From positions 1,600,001 through 1,664,000 of the forward strand of contig CAVUDP010000002.1 of the NCBI GenBank assembly GCA_963740315.1: a DNA stretch of 64,000 nt, written 5' to 3'. Position numbers and translations under genes: made by a program. Positions 42,121 through 51,685 of this stretch are shown here, piece after piece. The stretch's first letter is position 1. Every line of letters starts with the position of its first letter. This stretch comes from an uncultured cyanobacterium (GTDB taxonomy: Bacteria > Cyanobacteriota > Cyanobacteriia > Cyanobacteriales > Nostocaceae). The notes beneath the pieces are model-generated. The model did no database searches. It saw only the letters and a list, made by a program, of their open reading frames with translations, and was not told the origin of the DNA.

Positions 42121-43050
42121 ATGAATAGCACCACTCAAGAACTTAGCTTTACTCTTCCATTGTCTTTTGAAGCCCATTCAATTGCTCAAGAATTAGTATC
42201 GGAAATATCGAATCAAAAAAAACGTCAACAGGTTTATTTAAATAGTTTGAGCGTTTATGCAGTAAATAATTATCTCAGTTGCATGGGGTTTGAGACTGAT
42301 TACTTAGAAGGTGACAGTCGCAATCCTTTAACTGTTCAATTGATGAATGTTGCCGATTTAATAGTTAAAGATATTGGTAAATTAGAATGTCGTCCGGTTT
42401 TAGCTGGAGCGGAAGTTGTAGAAATTCCCCCGGAGGTTTGGGAAGATAGAGTTGGTTATGTTTTTGTAGAGTTAAGTAATTCTCTTAAGGAAGCAAAAAT
42501 TTTAGGTTTTACCCCTGAAGCTGCGGCTGAAGTTTCTTTGACTCAGTTACAGTCTTTAGAAGATTTTCTAGTTTATTTAACTGAATTGGAAGTAGTAGAA
42601 TCTGTAGAAATAGAAAAAACGTCAAATCTTGTTAGTTTTCGGCAATGGTTAAATGGAACTGTTGATGCTAGCTGGCAAAAACTCGATCGATTATTAAAAC
42701 CTCAACAGTTGGGTTTAGCTTTTAAACATGAGGTGAGTATAACTAGAGGACAAAAAATTGATTTAGGAATGCATTTGGATAAAATATCTGTCGCTTTGGT
42801 AATGAAAGTGATGGCAGAAAATGAAAATGAAGAAGTTGATATTTTAACTCAAGTTTATCCAGTGGGAGAAATGTCTTTACCACAAGGAATTAAGTTAATT
42901 ATCGGGGATGAAACCGGAGAAACATCAGAAGTGGTTTCGAGAGAAGATGATAATTGGATTCAATGGGAGTTTAGTGCTGAGTCTGGGGAAAAATTTAATA
43001 TTAAAGTTGTTTATGGTGATGCGGAGGTAATTAAGGAATTTGAAGTGTGA
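42121..43050 (+). CDS. DUF1822 family protein
   Basis: QVYLNSLSVYAVNNYL, VADL...GKLECRPV, IPPEVWEDRVGYV.V and C-terminal DNWIQ.EF...GE.F. Confidence 0.88.
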   Translation: MNSTTQELSFTLPLSFEAHSIAQELVSEISNQKKRQQVYLNSLSVYAVNNYLSCMGFETDYLEGDSRNPLTVQLMNVADLIVKDIGKLECRPVLAGAEVVEIPPEVWEDRVGYVFVELSNSLKEAKILGFTPEAAAEVSLTQLQSLEDFLVYLTELEVVESVEIEKTSNLVSFRQWLNGTVDASWQKLDRLLKPQQLGLAFKHEVSITRGQKIDLGMHLDKISVALVMKVMAENENEEVDILTQVYPVGEMSLPQGIKLIIGDETGETSEVVSREDDNWIQWEFSAESGEKFNIKVVYGDAEVIKEFEV

Positions 43051-43138
43051 ATTAGGCAACGGATTTATGCTGGATAACGGATGTAATTAAGGAATTTGAA
43101 GTGTGAATTAGGCAACGGATTTATGCTAGATAACGGAT
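43027..43138 (+). repeat. 56-bp tandem duplication spanning the DUF1822 stop codon
   Basis: GTAATTAAGGAATTTGAAGTGTGA...GATAACGGAT at 43027 and 43083, one mismatch. Confidence 0.93.
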
Positions 43139-43191
43139 GTATTTGTTTTGGATTTTGGATTTTGGATTTTGAATATATTTTGAATAAATTG

Positions 43192-43416
43192 TTAATCTAA
43201 AATCCTTTTTTTTACATTATCTTTTTGACATCTAATTATTTTAGGACGATTTATTTCCGAAGGAAAATGACAGCAAACTGCATCACGTACCATTTATTTT
43301 AAACTAGTCATATCTTCAGCTTGAGTAAAAATCGATTCTCCTAAAGCCTTAGCCGTGTAACCACCTTCTGGATCTTCTTCAATTAGAAATACTATTTCAG
43401 TTGCGATATTATTCAC
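43192..43416 (-). pseudogene. HicB-like small protein with an internal nonsense codon
   Basis: Translates as TEIVFLIEEDPEGGYTAKALGESIFTQAEDMTSLK*MVRDAVCCHFPSEINRPKIIR; TAA at 43294-43296. Confidence 0.75.
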
Positions 43417-43758
43417 AGATTTTTTTGTCTAACTCACTAGTAGTTGATTGCATTAAATTTGATTGGTTCGACGTGCCGATTTTAGTACTAAATCCGGAGG
43501 CGCTAAAGCGCTTACTACGAACCTTTTTACCCTTCAGAATTAATGAAATAGAACTACTAGCTATTTTATAGCAACATATTGTTATAGGATTACTCCACAG
43601 CTTTTTGTATAACAATTTAATTCTTTTTTGTTCCCAGATTCTCCATACAAGTACGCTACAGCTATATAAATTTACGTAAAAATACTAAAAATTTACGTAA
43701 AATACTGCCAAAACTACTGATAACAGAATATAGCTTCTGGATAGTTGCGGCAATAAAT

Positions 43759-46700
43759 ATGAAAAAGTTAGTTGTACTCAAACTGGATGGTGATTTTAAC
43801 CAAGGGTTTAGGGTTAGTTTAGAAATCGGTGAGGATGGTAATCGTGCGGATTTTGAGTTGAGTGACGATCGCTTAAAATTACCTCCTATCCCCAAGCTTC
43901 TGGATATTTATCAAGATTGGTGTAGGAGCTATCGCGGTTTAGGTGGACATCGAATTAAAGCTAAAAAGGGACAAATATCAAATGTTAAATTCACTTCTTT
44001 GAAGGAAGTTTGTCAGACGAAAGCCGATCGCATCAAACGGATTTTTACTAACTGGTTAAAAGCTGATTCGTTTTATCAGATTAAGGAAGAATGTTTAATA
44101 CATTTATCTCCCGATGATGAAATTAGATTTATTATTCGCACTACTGAATTTCAGTTACGAAAACTTCCTTGGCATTTATGGAATTTATTTGATAGTTATC
44201 CGGATGCTGAGATAGGTTTTAGTTGTTTTTCTGCTCGTCGTCTTTTTAGAAGTTATCGCAATCGAGTCAGAATTTTGATTGTTTTAGGCAACAGCGAAGG
44301 AATTAATGTTGCTGAAGATGAGCAGCTTTTAAAAGAATATTGTCAAGATGCAGAATTAGTTGTTTTAAATGAACCTTCGGTATTAGAGTTAAACGAACAT
44401 CTTTGGGATGAGAAAGGCTGGGATATTCTTTTCTTTTCCGGGCATAGTCGAACGGAATCCGAACAAGGAATCATTTATTTAAATAGCGTCGAGCGCTTAA
44501 CAATAGAAGAATTAAAGGAAAGTTTAAAAAAGGCTGTTAGAGGTGGGTTACAGTTAGCTTTTTTTAATTCTTGCGATGGTTTAGGAATTGCGGCTGAGTT
44601 GGAAAGCGTGCATATTCCGCAAGTAATTGTGATGCGGGAACCCGTTCCAGATAAGGTAGCAAACATTTTTTTAAAGTACTTTTTTGAAGAGTTTACCAAG
44701 GGAACATCTTTTTATAAATCGGTTAATGTTGCTCGAAGAAAGTTACAGGGATTGGAGAAAAACTATCCCTGTGCGAGTTGGTTGCCGATAATTGTGCAGA
44801 ATTTATTAGAAATACCTCCAACTTGGCAAAACTTAGGTGCTATTAATAAGTGTCCGTATTTGGGTTTAGCTGCTTTCAAAGAAGAGGATGCGGCTAACTT
44901 TTTTGGTAGGGAATTTGTAACGCGACAGTTGGTTTCGGTGGTTAATAAAAAGCCGTTTGTTGCTGTTGTTGGTGCTTCGGGAAGCGGAAAGTCAAGCGTG
45001 ATTTTTGCGGGTTTGATTCCGCAGTTGAAGCAGGATAAGAAACGCGATTGGTTGATTGTTGATTTTCGTCCAGGTAATAATCCTTTTGAATCTTTGGCGA
45101 TCGGTTTATTACAAGGATTGCCACATTTTGAAAACCTAACCCCCCAGCCCCCTTCCCTACGAGGGAAGGGGGAGAATTCAAATCCAAATCGTTTAACGGA
45201 ATTAGAGTTAGAAGTTGAATTAAGAAGTGGTAAAAATAGCTTAGAAAATTTTATCGAACCGTTTATTCTTAATAATCAAAAGTCTCATTTAGCAATAATT
45301 GTAGACCAATTTGAAGAACTTTTTACTTTATGTTCCGATACCAAATCTCGTCGTCTTTTTATTGATAATTTACTGAATTTAATCAAAGTTCCTGGCTGTA
45401 CTGTAATTATTACTTTACGAGCCGATTTTTATGCAGAAGCTTTATCATATCGCCCTTTGGCTGATGCGTTGCAGGATGCACAGGTAAATTTGGCTGCGAT
45501 GGATGAAGAGGAATTGCGAGCAGCGATTGAAAAACCAGCAGCTAATTATAGTGTCAGTTTGGAGGAGGGTTTAAGTCAACGGTTAATTGATGCGGTGTTG
45601 GAATCTCCGAGTAATTTACCTTTGTTGGAATTTACTTTAACTCAGCTATGGGAAAAGCAGCGTGATGGATGGTTAACTCACCAAGCTTATGAAGAAATTG
45701 GTGGTGTGGAAACCGCTTTGGCAAATCATGCGGAAGCAATTTACGAATTGATAGCAGATAAGCAAAGGGTGCAGCAGATATTTATTCAGTTAGTGCAACC
45801 TTCGGAAAGAAGCGCAGATATCCGTCGTCTGGCGATTCGGGAAGAAGTGGGAGATTGGGATTTAGTAACTAAGTTAGCTGATGCACGTTTGGTGGTGACG
45901 AATCGCAATCAAGTTACTGGTGTGGAAACGGTTGAAATTATCCATGAAGCGTTGATTAAAAATTGGCGACGGTTGCAAAAGTGGATGCGGGAAGATGGGG
46001 AATTTCGGTATTGGCAAGAACAATTGCGGGTTTTTATTAGACAGTGGGAAAATAGCGATCGCGATGATGGGGCTTTGTTGCGCGGTAAGCCGTTAATTGA
46101 TGCCAAAGAATGGTTATCACAACGTTCAAATCAAATTAGTTTGGTAGAAAAAAGCTTTATTAATTTAAGTTTGGATTTATGCGATCGAGAAGACAGAATA
46201 AGGAAGGTAGCGAGAAGACGAGTTATTGTTGGTTTAGTTGGTGCTTTGCTAGCGGCTTTCATATTAACTGGGATTGCTCAATTTCAATCGCAACGTGCAG
46301 ATAAACAACGTCTAGAAAGTGAAGTAAATCTTGTTAAATATTTGAGTTTGACTGCAAAAACTTTGTTGAATTCGGGGAATCAAGTTGAAGCTTTGAATTC
46401 TACTTTAGTTGCTAATAAGAAGCTGATAGAGTTAAAGAATAATTTGGATGTAGAAACTAGAAATGGATTGTTTAGTTCTCTGCTAGAAAATTTTAATTCT
46501 ATTCGCGAATATAATAGTTTAGTTGGTCATGATGCTTCTGTTAATAGCGTTTCTTTTAGTGATGATGGAAGGCTTTTAGCTTCTGGAAGTCAGGATAATA
46601 CTATTAAGATTTGGCGACGGGATAGATCCCCCCAACCCCCCTTGGGAAGGGGGGCTAATGATAATAAATTATCTCAATTCCCTTTACGAAGGGGCGCTAA

Positions 46701-48603
46701 TTCCTTGAAACCCCTTTTGAGAAGGGGGGCTAATGATAATAAATTATCTCTATTCCCTTTACGAAGGGGAGCTAATTCCTTGAAACCCCCCTTCATAAGG
46801 GGGGCTAGGGGGGATCTCAATGTGGGTAAATACGAGAATACGCAATTAATACAAACGCTAACAGGACATAAAGACGGTATTTTCAGCGTTATATTTAGTC
46901 CCGAAAATCAATTTATTATTGCTGGAAGTTTTGATAATACAGTTAGTTTGTGGCGATATAATTCCACCACGGGTTTATTTGAAAATCGTCCTTCTGTAAT
47001 AATATCAGAACCCGATGGATTGTGGGCGATCGCCTTTAATCCAAGTAACAATATTATCGCTACTGCAACCGAAAATGGTAATGTAAAATTCTGGACGGTT
47101 GACGGAAAATTAATTAAAACAATTTCCGCTCACAATCAAAAAATCTGGGGTTTAAATTTTAGTCCAGATGGTAATTTTGCTACAGCAAGCGCGGATAATA
47201 CTATTAAGATATGGGATAGCGAGGGGAGGTTTTTAAAAACTTTAAGCGGTCATAAAGATGAAGTTTTAAGCGTTAACTTTAGTCGCGATCGCAAACTAAT
47301 TGTTTCAGGAAGTAAAGACGAAACTGTTAAACTTTGGGATTTCACAGGTAAATTATTACATACATTTGCAGGTCATACCGATGAAGTTTTAGACGTGCGT
47401 TTTAGTCCAGATGGTAAATCGATCGCTTCAGCGAGTGCTGATAATACGGTTATACTTTGGGATGTCGCATCACGAAAGCAATATCAGCAAACGAGATATG
47501 GTAGCAAAGCTGTTGAAGTTAGCTTTAATCCCGATGGTAAAACTTTAGCAACTGCCAGTGCAGATAATACCGTTAAACTAAGTTATCTCAAAGGCATTTT
47601 ACCAACATTTGCGGGTAGTAGCGTTAGTATTAGCCCGAATGGTGATGTTGCGATCGCGAATGGAAATATTATTACTTTGCGACGACGGGATGGATTAAAA
47701 AACCGCAGAGACGCGGAGAGCGCAGAGGAAAGAGGTGTAGAGGAGTTATCGGTTGTTTTAAAGGGGGAAAGAGGTAATAGGGAGGAAGAATACGAAGTTC
47801 TAAAAATAATATTTAGTCCTACGGGACAATATTTTGCGACGATTGATAGCGAGAATCAAATCATAGTTTGGAATCTGCAAGGAAAGCTTTTACAAAAATG
47901 GTTGGGACATGATGTTAAAAATAATATTGGTTTTGATGCAATTCAAGATATTAGCATTAGTCCCAACGGTAAAACAATCGCCACAATCAGCAGAATTGAT
48001 AAGCAAGTTAAGCTGTGGAATTTGCAAGGTAAATTAATTAAAAGCTGGCAATTAAATGATGATTTAGTAACGAATATTAGATTTAGTCCAGATGGAGAAA
48101 CCTTAGCAACCGCTGGCGATAAGACTGTAAAAATTTGGAATTATCAAGGGAACTTATTACGTACAATTACGGGTCATCAAGAGAATATTGCAGCTTTTAA
48201 TTTTAGTTCTGACGGAAGAATTATTGCGACTGCGAGTAACGATAAAACAGTTAAACTTTGGCAGCGCGATACGGGTAAGCTGTTGCAAACTTTAACTCAT
48301 CAAGACAATGTTTACGCCGTTACTTTTAGTGCCGATAATCAATTTGTGATGACTGGAAGTAAAGATAAAACATTAAATTTATGGAGTTTGGATGGAAAGT
48401 TACTTAATACCATCAAAGGACATCAAGCAGCAATTAAGGAAGTTGAATTTAGTGGGGATAATAATATATTTGCTTCGGTAGATATGGATAATAATGCGAT
48501 TTTGTGGAATTTGGATATTGAAGAATTGCAACAGCGGGGTTGCAATCGGTTGCAGGATTATTTGAGGACGAATGTTGATGTAGATAGAAGCGTTTGTGAT
48601 TAA
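43759..48603 (+). CDS. CHAT (caspase-like) protease + nSTAND1 NTPase + hydrophobic helix + WD40 repeats
   Basis: FFSGHS and FNSCDG dyad, CPYLGLAAF...FFGRE, Walker A GASGSGKSS, Walker B IVDQFEELF and many GH...W WD40 repeats. Confidence 0.93.
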   Translation: MKKLVVLKLDGDFNQGFRVSLEIGEDGNRADFELSDDRLKLPPIPKLLDIYQDWCRSYRGLGGHRIKAKKGQISNVKFTSLKEVCQTKADRIKRIFTNWLKADSFYQIKEECLIHLSPDDEIRFIIRTTEFQLRKLPWHLWNLFDSYPDAEIGFSCFSARRLFRSYRNRVRILIVLGNSEGINVAEDEQLLKEYCQDAELVVLNEPSVLELNEHLWDEKGWDILFFSGHSRTESEQGIIYLNSVERLTIEELKESLKKAVRGGLQLAFFNSCDGLGIAAELESVHIPQVIVMREPVPDKVANIFLKYFFEEFTKGTSFYKSVNVARRKLQGLEKNYPCASWLPIIVQNLLEIPPTWQNLGAINKCPYLGLAAFKEEDAANFFGREFVTRQLVSVVNKKPFVAVVGASGSGKSSVIFAGLIPQLKQDKKRDWLIVDFRPGNNPFESLAIGLLQGLPHFENLTPQPPSLRGKGENSNPNRLTELELEVELRSGKNSLENFIEPFILNNQKSHLAIIVDQFEELFTLCSDTKSRRLFIDNLLNLIKVPGCTVIITLRADFYAEALSYRPLADALQDAQVNLAAMDEEELRAAIEKPAANYSVSLEEGLSQRLIDAVLESPSNLPLLEFTLTQLWEKQRDGWLTHQAYEEIGGVETALANHAEAIYELIADKQRVQQIFIQLVQPSERSADIRRLAIREEVGDWDLVTKLADARLVVTNRNQVTGVETVEIIHEALIKNWRRLQKWMREDGEFRYWQEQLRVFIRQWENSDRDDGALLRGKPLIDAKEWLSQRSNQISLVEKSFINLSLDLCDREDRIRKVARRRVIVGLVGALLAAFILTGIAQFQSQRADKQRLESEVNLVKYLSLTAKTLLNSGNQVEALNSTLVANKKLIELKNNLDVETRNGLFSSLLENFNSIREYNSLVGHDASVNSVSFSDDGRLLASGSQDNTIKIWRRDRSPQPPLGRGANDNKLSQFPLRRGANSLKPLLRRGANDNKLSLFPLRRGANSLKPPFIRGARGDLNVGKYENTQLIQTLTGHKDGIFSVIFSPENQFIIAGSFDNTVSLWRYNSTTGLFENRPSVIISEPDGLWAIAFNPSNNIIATATENGNVKFWTVDGKLIKTISAHNQKIWGLNFSPDGNFATASADNTIKIWDSEGRFLKTLSGHKDEVLSVNFSRDRKLIVSGSKDETVKLWDFTGKLLHTFAGHTDEVLDVRFSPDGKSIASASADNTVILWDVASRKQYQQTRYGSKAVEVSFNPDGKTLATASADNTVKLSYLKGILPTFAGSSVSISPNGDVAIANGNIITLRRRDGLKNRRDAESAEERGVEELSVVLKGERGNREEEYEVLKIIFSPTGQYFATIDSENQIIVWNLQGKLLQKWLGHDVKNNIGFDAIQDISISPNGKTIATISRIDKQVKLWNLQGKLIKSWQLNDDLVTNIRFSPDGETLATAGDKTVKIWNYQGNLLRTITGHQENIAAFNFSSDGRIIATASNDKTVKLWQRDTGKLLQTLTHQDNVYAVTFSADNQFVMTGSKDKTLNLWSLDGKLLNTIKGHQAAIKEVEFSGDNNIFASVDMDNNAILWNLDIEELQQRGCNRLQDYLRTNVDVDRSVCD
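46624..46817. mobile_element. Palindromic repeat element inserted in frame in the WD40 region
   Basis: Ends AGATCCCCCC...GGGGGGATCT, internal 75-bp duplication; related intergenic copies at about 18041-18120 and 53506-53540. Confidence 0.85.
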
Positions 48604-48772
48604 TTGAAACCTCATCGAGCAATCAAAGCCACCTTGAAATAAATTTCAAGGAACCCATAACAAAGTACGTTAAAATGCACTACAAATATCTGCTAGTCTG
48701 ATTTATCAGACTTTGTTTATTAGCCTGGGATTTTAATCCAAGGCGATTGAGTGAATCAATATATGATTAATT

Positions 48773-49601
48773 ATGAATTACAAAAAACTAATTTCCCCAA
48801 CCCTAACAATTGCCACGTTAACAACCATAAATACAATTATCCCGCAAGTTAAAACCCAAGCCAACCAACCGCAAAATAAACAAACAACAACACAAACAAA
48901 AGCCAGCGATTGGTATTATCAAGGGATAATTAAAGCTAACAAAAAAGATTACAACGGTGCGATTGAGGATTTTACAAAAGCGATCGCAATTAATCCCCAA
49001 TACGCATCAGCTTATTATCAACGGGGTTTAATTTATGCCAACTATGCTCGTGGTAAAATATTACGTTCCGATGGTACTTTACCGGGATGCGTGAGAATTA
49101 ATGAATATAGTGTTAGCTGTGAAGTTAAGGTAACTGCGAATTGGAAAAAGCAGAATCAACAACAAGCTATTAAAGATTTTAATCAAGCTATTAAAATTAG
49201 TCCCCGATATGCAGCAGCTTATCATCAAAGGGGATTGATTCAAGAAAATCAGCAGAATAAGTTAAATGATTTGCAATTTGCGGCTTTAACTTATTTGAAG
49301 TTCAATAATTATTCTGAAGCAGCGAATGTTTTAGAAGATATTGATAAATTGTATTTAGAAATGAATCCAGAAGCAGGTGTAATAGAAAGTCCTACGGGTT
49401 CGTCTGAATTTTCTCCCGAATTGTAACAAATCGCCCCATCAGTTAATGATTGAAGCGCGGGAGGCTTTGAGGAAAGCGGATTTGCAGAGTGCTTTGGAGA
49501 AATATAGATTAGCTAGACAGATTTTTTGGGATAGGAAAGATACAAAAAAACATAAGGAAGTGCAGCAGATTATTAGTGAGCTTGAGCAGAAGAAGAGATG
49601 A
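48773..49601 (+). pseudogene. Secreted TPR protein, apparently frameshifted near 49415-49426
   Basis: TPR ORF stops at 49426; another frame continues NKSPHQLMIEAREALRKADLQSALEKYRLARQIF...EVQQIISELEQKKR to TGA at 49601. Confidence 0.65.
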
Positions 49602-49645
49602 TAGGGATTAGGAATTAGGGGGTTTAATTCCTAATTCCTAGATTT

Positions 49646-51640
49646 TTATTGTTGTAATTGTTGTAACTGTCTCATTACCATTTCATAAAGTCCAGTTTCA
49701 CCTTGAGCTTTTGATAATTGTGCTGCTTTTTCTAGGTCTTGAATAGCTTGCTGTTTATTGCCTTTCATCATATAAATAAGTCCTCTAACTGAAAAACCAC
49801 TAGCATATTCAGGATTAATTTCAATAGCTTTATTGTAATCAGCCAGGGCTAAATCCCATTTTTTCTGATCAATATAAACAAGCCCCCGATAATTGTAGTA
49901 TTCATGATTTTTGGGCTTAAGTTGAATGGCTTTGCTGTAATTGTCTATTGCTAAATCTAATTGGTTCAGAAATTGATGATAAATTAATCCTTTATTGTAG
50001 TAAGCATTAGCATAATTAGGATTAATTTCAATAGCTTTGCCGTAATCAGCTAGTGCTAATTCATATTTATTGTGGAATGAGTAAGTTATTCCTCGATAGT
50101 AGTAAGCACTAGCATATTCGGGATTAATTTCAATAGCTTGATTATAATCAGTTAGTGCTAACTCATATTGTCTCTGAAGTGAGTAAACAAGCGCCCGATT
50201 GAAGTAAGCATCAAAATAATTAGGATTAATTTCAATAGCTTTATTATAATCAGCTAGCGCTAAATCCCATTTGTCTTGGTTAGAGTAAAGAATTCCCCTA
50301 TTGGAATAAAACGCAGCACGAGGAGTAAGTTTAATCGCTTCTGTTATTGCTGCTTCTGCTTGTACATAGTCTTTTTTTTCATTTAAGACTCCATACTTTT
50401 CGTTATATAAATTCGGGTTTTGCAACTCTATTTGAATTGCCTTGTTTATTGCGACTAATGCTTTATCCGGTTGATTTAATTTTCGATAAACTACACTTTG
50501 TTGATACAAAGCAGGAACGAAGTTAGGTTTTAACTGTACAGCTTGTTTTAAAGCTGCAATAGACTCTTTAAAGTTATCTGCTAAGGCTAAACCTTTACCA
50601 TAGTAAGCTAAGTAAACAAAATCTGGTTTTTGCTTAATCGCTTCATCAAAGGCTTTAACTGCTTCTTGATAACGACGCAACCGAAACAGTTGATTTCCTC
50701 TTTCTAACCATTGGGAAGCAGTTGTATTTTCTCCAGAAACATCAGCTGACAATACTGCTTCTTCAATTGACTTCTTTTTTTGTGCATTTAGCTGTGGTGG
50801 TCGGGTATTTTCTAATTTTTCAGGTTTTACACCTAGTCGGGAGTCTAACGCTAAAAAGGTACTTACAGGAATGCCTAAACTATATCCTATCTGAACTCCA
50901 TCCCCTGCATCAGAGCTTCCGTGAATACCAATTACTCGTCCTAATGAATCTAAAACTGGACCACCACTCATTCCACCATAAGTGATGTTTGTGTAAACTA
51001 ATTCATATCCATCCTTTAGAGAACTAGCTATTTGCAACCTACCAAAATCATTATTTTGAAATTCGGATTGATTAGTATTTAACAATCCCTTTTCTTTATC
51101 AAAAATTAGTCCTGAAGTAAACCTCCAAGGTGAATTATCACCCAATTTCGGATAGCCAGCAGTAAATATAAAGTCATCTTCATTGGGATTGTAATCTGCA
51201 AGAGTTGCTATTTGATAATTCTGGAGACTATTAAACTGAACTACTGCTAAATCAACACCTTTTTCTATTTTTTTATTGCTGTTGTTAATCAAATATTTTT
51301 TTCCATCCGGGGTAGTTATTTCATATTTATCATCTTGACATGGTTGGCTTTCATATATTTTTTCACAAACAACATGAGCGGCTGTTAAAACTGTGTAAGT
51401 ATTCCCTTCTTTAGCAATTATTATTCCCGAACCATTTTCTTTACTGCTACTGTCAATTCTGACGGTAAATTGTTTCGCTTTTTGTTCTAATTCTCCCAAC
51501 CATCCCGTGAGTTTTGGCGATTTAGCTTGTTTTGTTCCAGACGTTTGAGCTATTTGGGAAGAAGCAGAAGTCGCTTCGATGGTGAAGCTGGAAACTTGTA
51601 GAAGCAGTAAGGAGGAAATAACTATTATATTATGGTTCAT
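49646..51640 (-). CDS. Trypsin-like serine protease with C-terminal TPR repeats
   Basis: TAAHVV, DLAVV, GMSGGPV triad motifs; about 10 TPRs; signal peptide. Confidence 0.93.
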   Translation of the reverse strand: MNHNIIVISSLLLLQVSSFTIEATSASSQIAQTSGTKQAKSPKLTGWLGELEQKAKQFTVRIDSSSKENGSGIIIAKEGNTYTVLTAAHVVCEKIYESQPCQDDKYEITTPDGKKYLINNSNKKIEKGVDLAVVQFNSLQNYQIATLADYNPNEDDFIFTAGYPKLGDNSPWRFTSGLIFDKEKGLLNTNQSEFQNNDFGRLQIASSLKDGYELVYTNITYGGMSGGPVLDSLGRVIGIHGSSDAGDGVQIGYSLGIPVSTFLALDSRLGVKPEKLENTRPPQLNAQKKKSIEEAVLSADVSGENTTASQWLERGNQLFRLRRYQEAVKAFDEAIKQKPDFVYLAYYGKGLALADNFKESIAALKQAVQLKPNFVPALYQQSVVYRKLNQPDKALVAINKAIQIELQNPNLYNEKYGVLNEKKDYVQAEAAITEAIKLTPRAAFYSNRGILYSNQDKWDLALADYNKAIEINPNYFDAYFNRALVYSLQRQYELALTDYNQAIEINPEYASAYYYRGITYSFHNKYELALADYGKAIEINPNYANAYYNKGLIYHQFLNQLDLAIDNYSKAIQLKPKNHEYYNYRGLVYIDQKKWDLALADYNKAIEINPEYASGFSVRGLIYMMKGNKQQAIQDLEKAAQLSKAQGETGLYEMVMRQLQQLQQ

Positions 51641-51685
51641 TTGATTTGTAGATAAATGAAAAATGTAAAATAGTGCAGCAGATTA

